A DNA stretch of 64,000 nucleotides from Ginglymostoma cirratum (taxonomy: Eukaryota). Positions 63,488 through 64,000 of this stretch are shown here, in pieces. Numbering within the stretch: the first letter of the stretch is position 1; each line of letters opens with the position of its first letter. Under the pieces are notes generated by a model. It was not told where the DNA came from. It searched no databases and saw nothing but the letters and a program-made list of their open reading frames with translations. A program made the position numbers and the translations under genes. The stretch covers positions 30,932,275 through 30,996,274 of the forward strand of contig JAHRHZ010000024.1 of NCBI GenBank assembly GCA_024137785.1, written 5' to 3'.

Positions 63488-63966
63488 TGACAAAGTGTAG
63501 AGCTGGAGGAACACAGCAGGCCACGCAGCATCAGAGGAGCAGGAAAGCTGACATTTCGGGTCGGACCCTTCTTCAGAAATGGGGGGGAGGAAGGGGGCTC
63601 TGAAAGAAAGAAAGCAAGAAAGCACGAAAGCACGAACGAACGAACGGAAGGACGAAAGCAAGAAAGAAATAGAGAGGGGGGTGGGTTGGGCTGGGAAAGG
63701 TAGGTGGGATGGTGATAGGTAGGAAGTGGTGGGGATTGGTCAGTGAGGTGGGAGGAGCGGATAGGTAGGAGAGAAGACGGACAGGTCAGGGAGGTGGGGA
63801 TGAGAGGGAGGGTTGGTGTTAGCATGAGGCCAGGGTGGGGACCCCTTCCCCTCCCCCATTTCTGAAGAAGGGTCCTGACCTGAAACGTCAGCTTTCCTGC
63901 TCCTCTGATGCTGTCTGGCCTGCTGTGTTCCTCCAGCCTCCAGCACTGGCAGTTCTTACTATCTCT
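63488..63966. mobile_element. Fold-back Penelope 3' element with an internal GAAA-type microsatellite
   Basis: Inverted termini with hammerhead cores at 63550-63576 (-) and 63862-63889 (+); (GAAA/GAAC)n at about 63602-63670. Confidence 0.85.
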
Positions 63967-64000
63967 GAGTGAGTTAGACCTCCAGAGGGATGTCTGAACA

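Overview
Vertebrate genomic DNA, almost certainly from a cartilaginous fish (shark-type V-SINE/HE1, Deu-domain SINE, CR1 and Penelope repeats). Three spliced protein-coding genes can be reconstructed with canonical GT-AG junctions and consistent exon phases. ERMP1 exons 1-7 lie on the minus strand (14289->852) and the gene continues beyond the left edge. A complete 118-aa MLANA/Melan-A lies on the plus strand (23655-29266). The last five coding exons of BRD10/KIAA2026 lie on the minus strand (52824->33621), with the 5' exons beyond the right edge. This is the same ERMP1-MLANA-KIAA2026 order known from human 9p24. Introns and intergenic DNA are filled with CR1/L2 LINE fragments, three SINE families, one MITE-like element and many Penelope-like (GIY-YIG) retroelement pieces; there is one 400-N assembly gap. 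The most notable non-genic signal is a set of minimal type I hammerhead ribozyme motifs (CUGANGA...GAAA-C-GUC) in at least three Penelope-like families. These include short, apparently non-autonomous copies flanked by target-site duplications (TSDs) and fold-back (palindromic) copies. Hammerheads in Penelope-like elements are established biology; the specific short and fold-back forms here may be undescribed, but I cannot verify novelty. I found no convincing wholly new gene system. Repeat boundaries are approximate.
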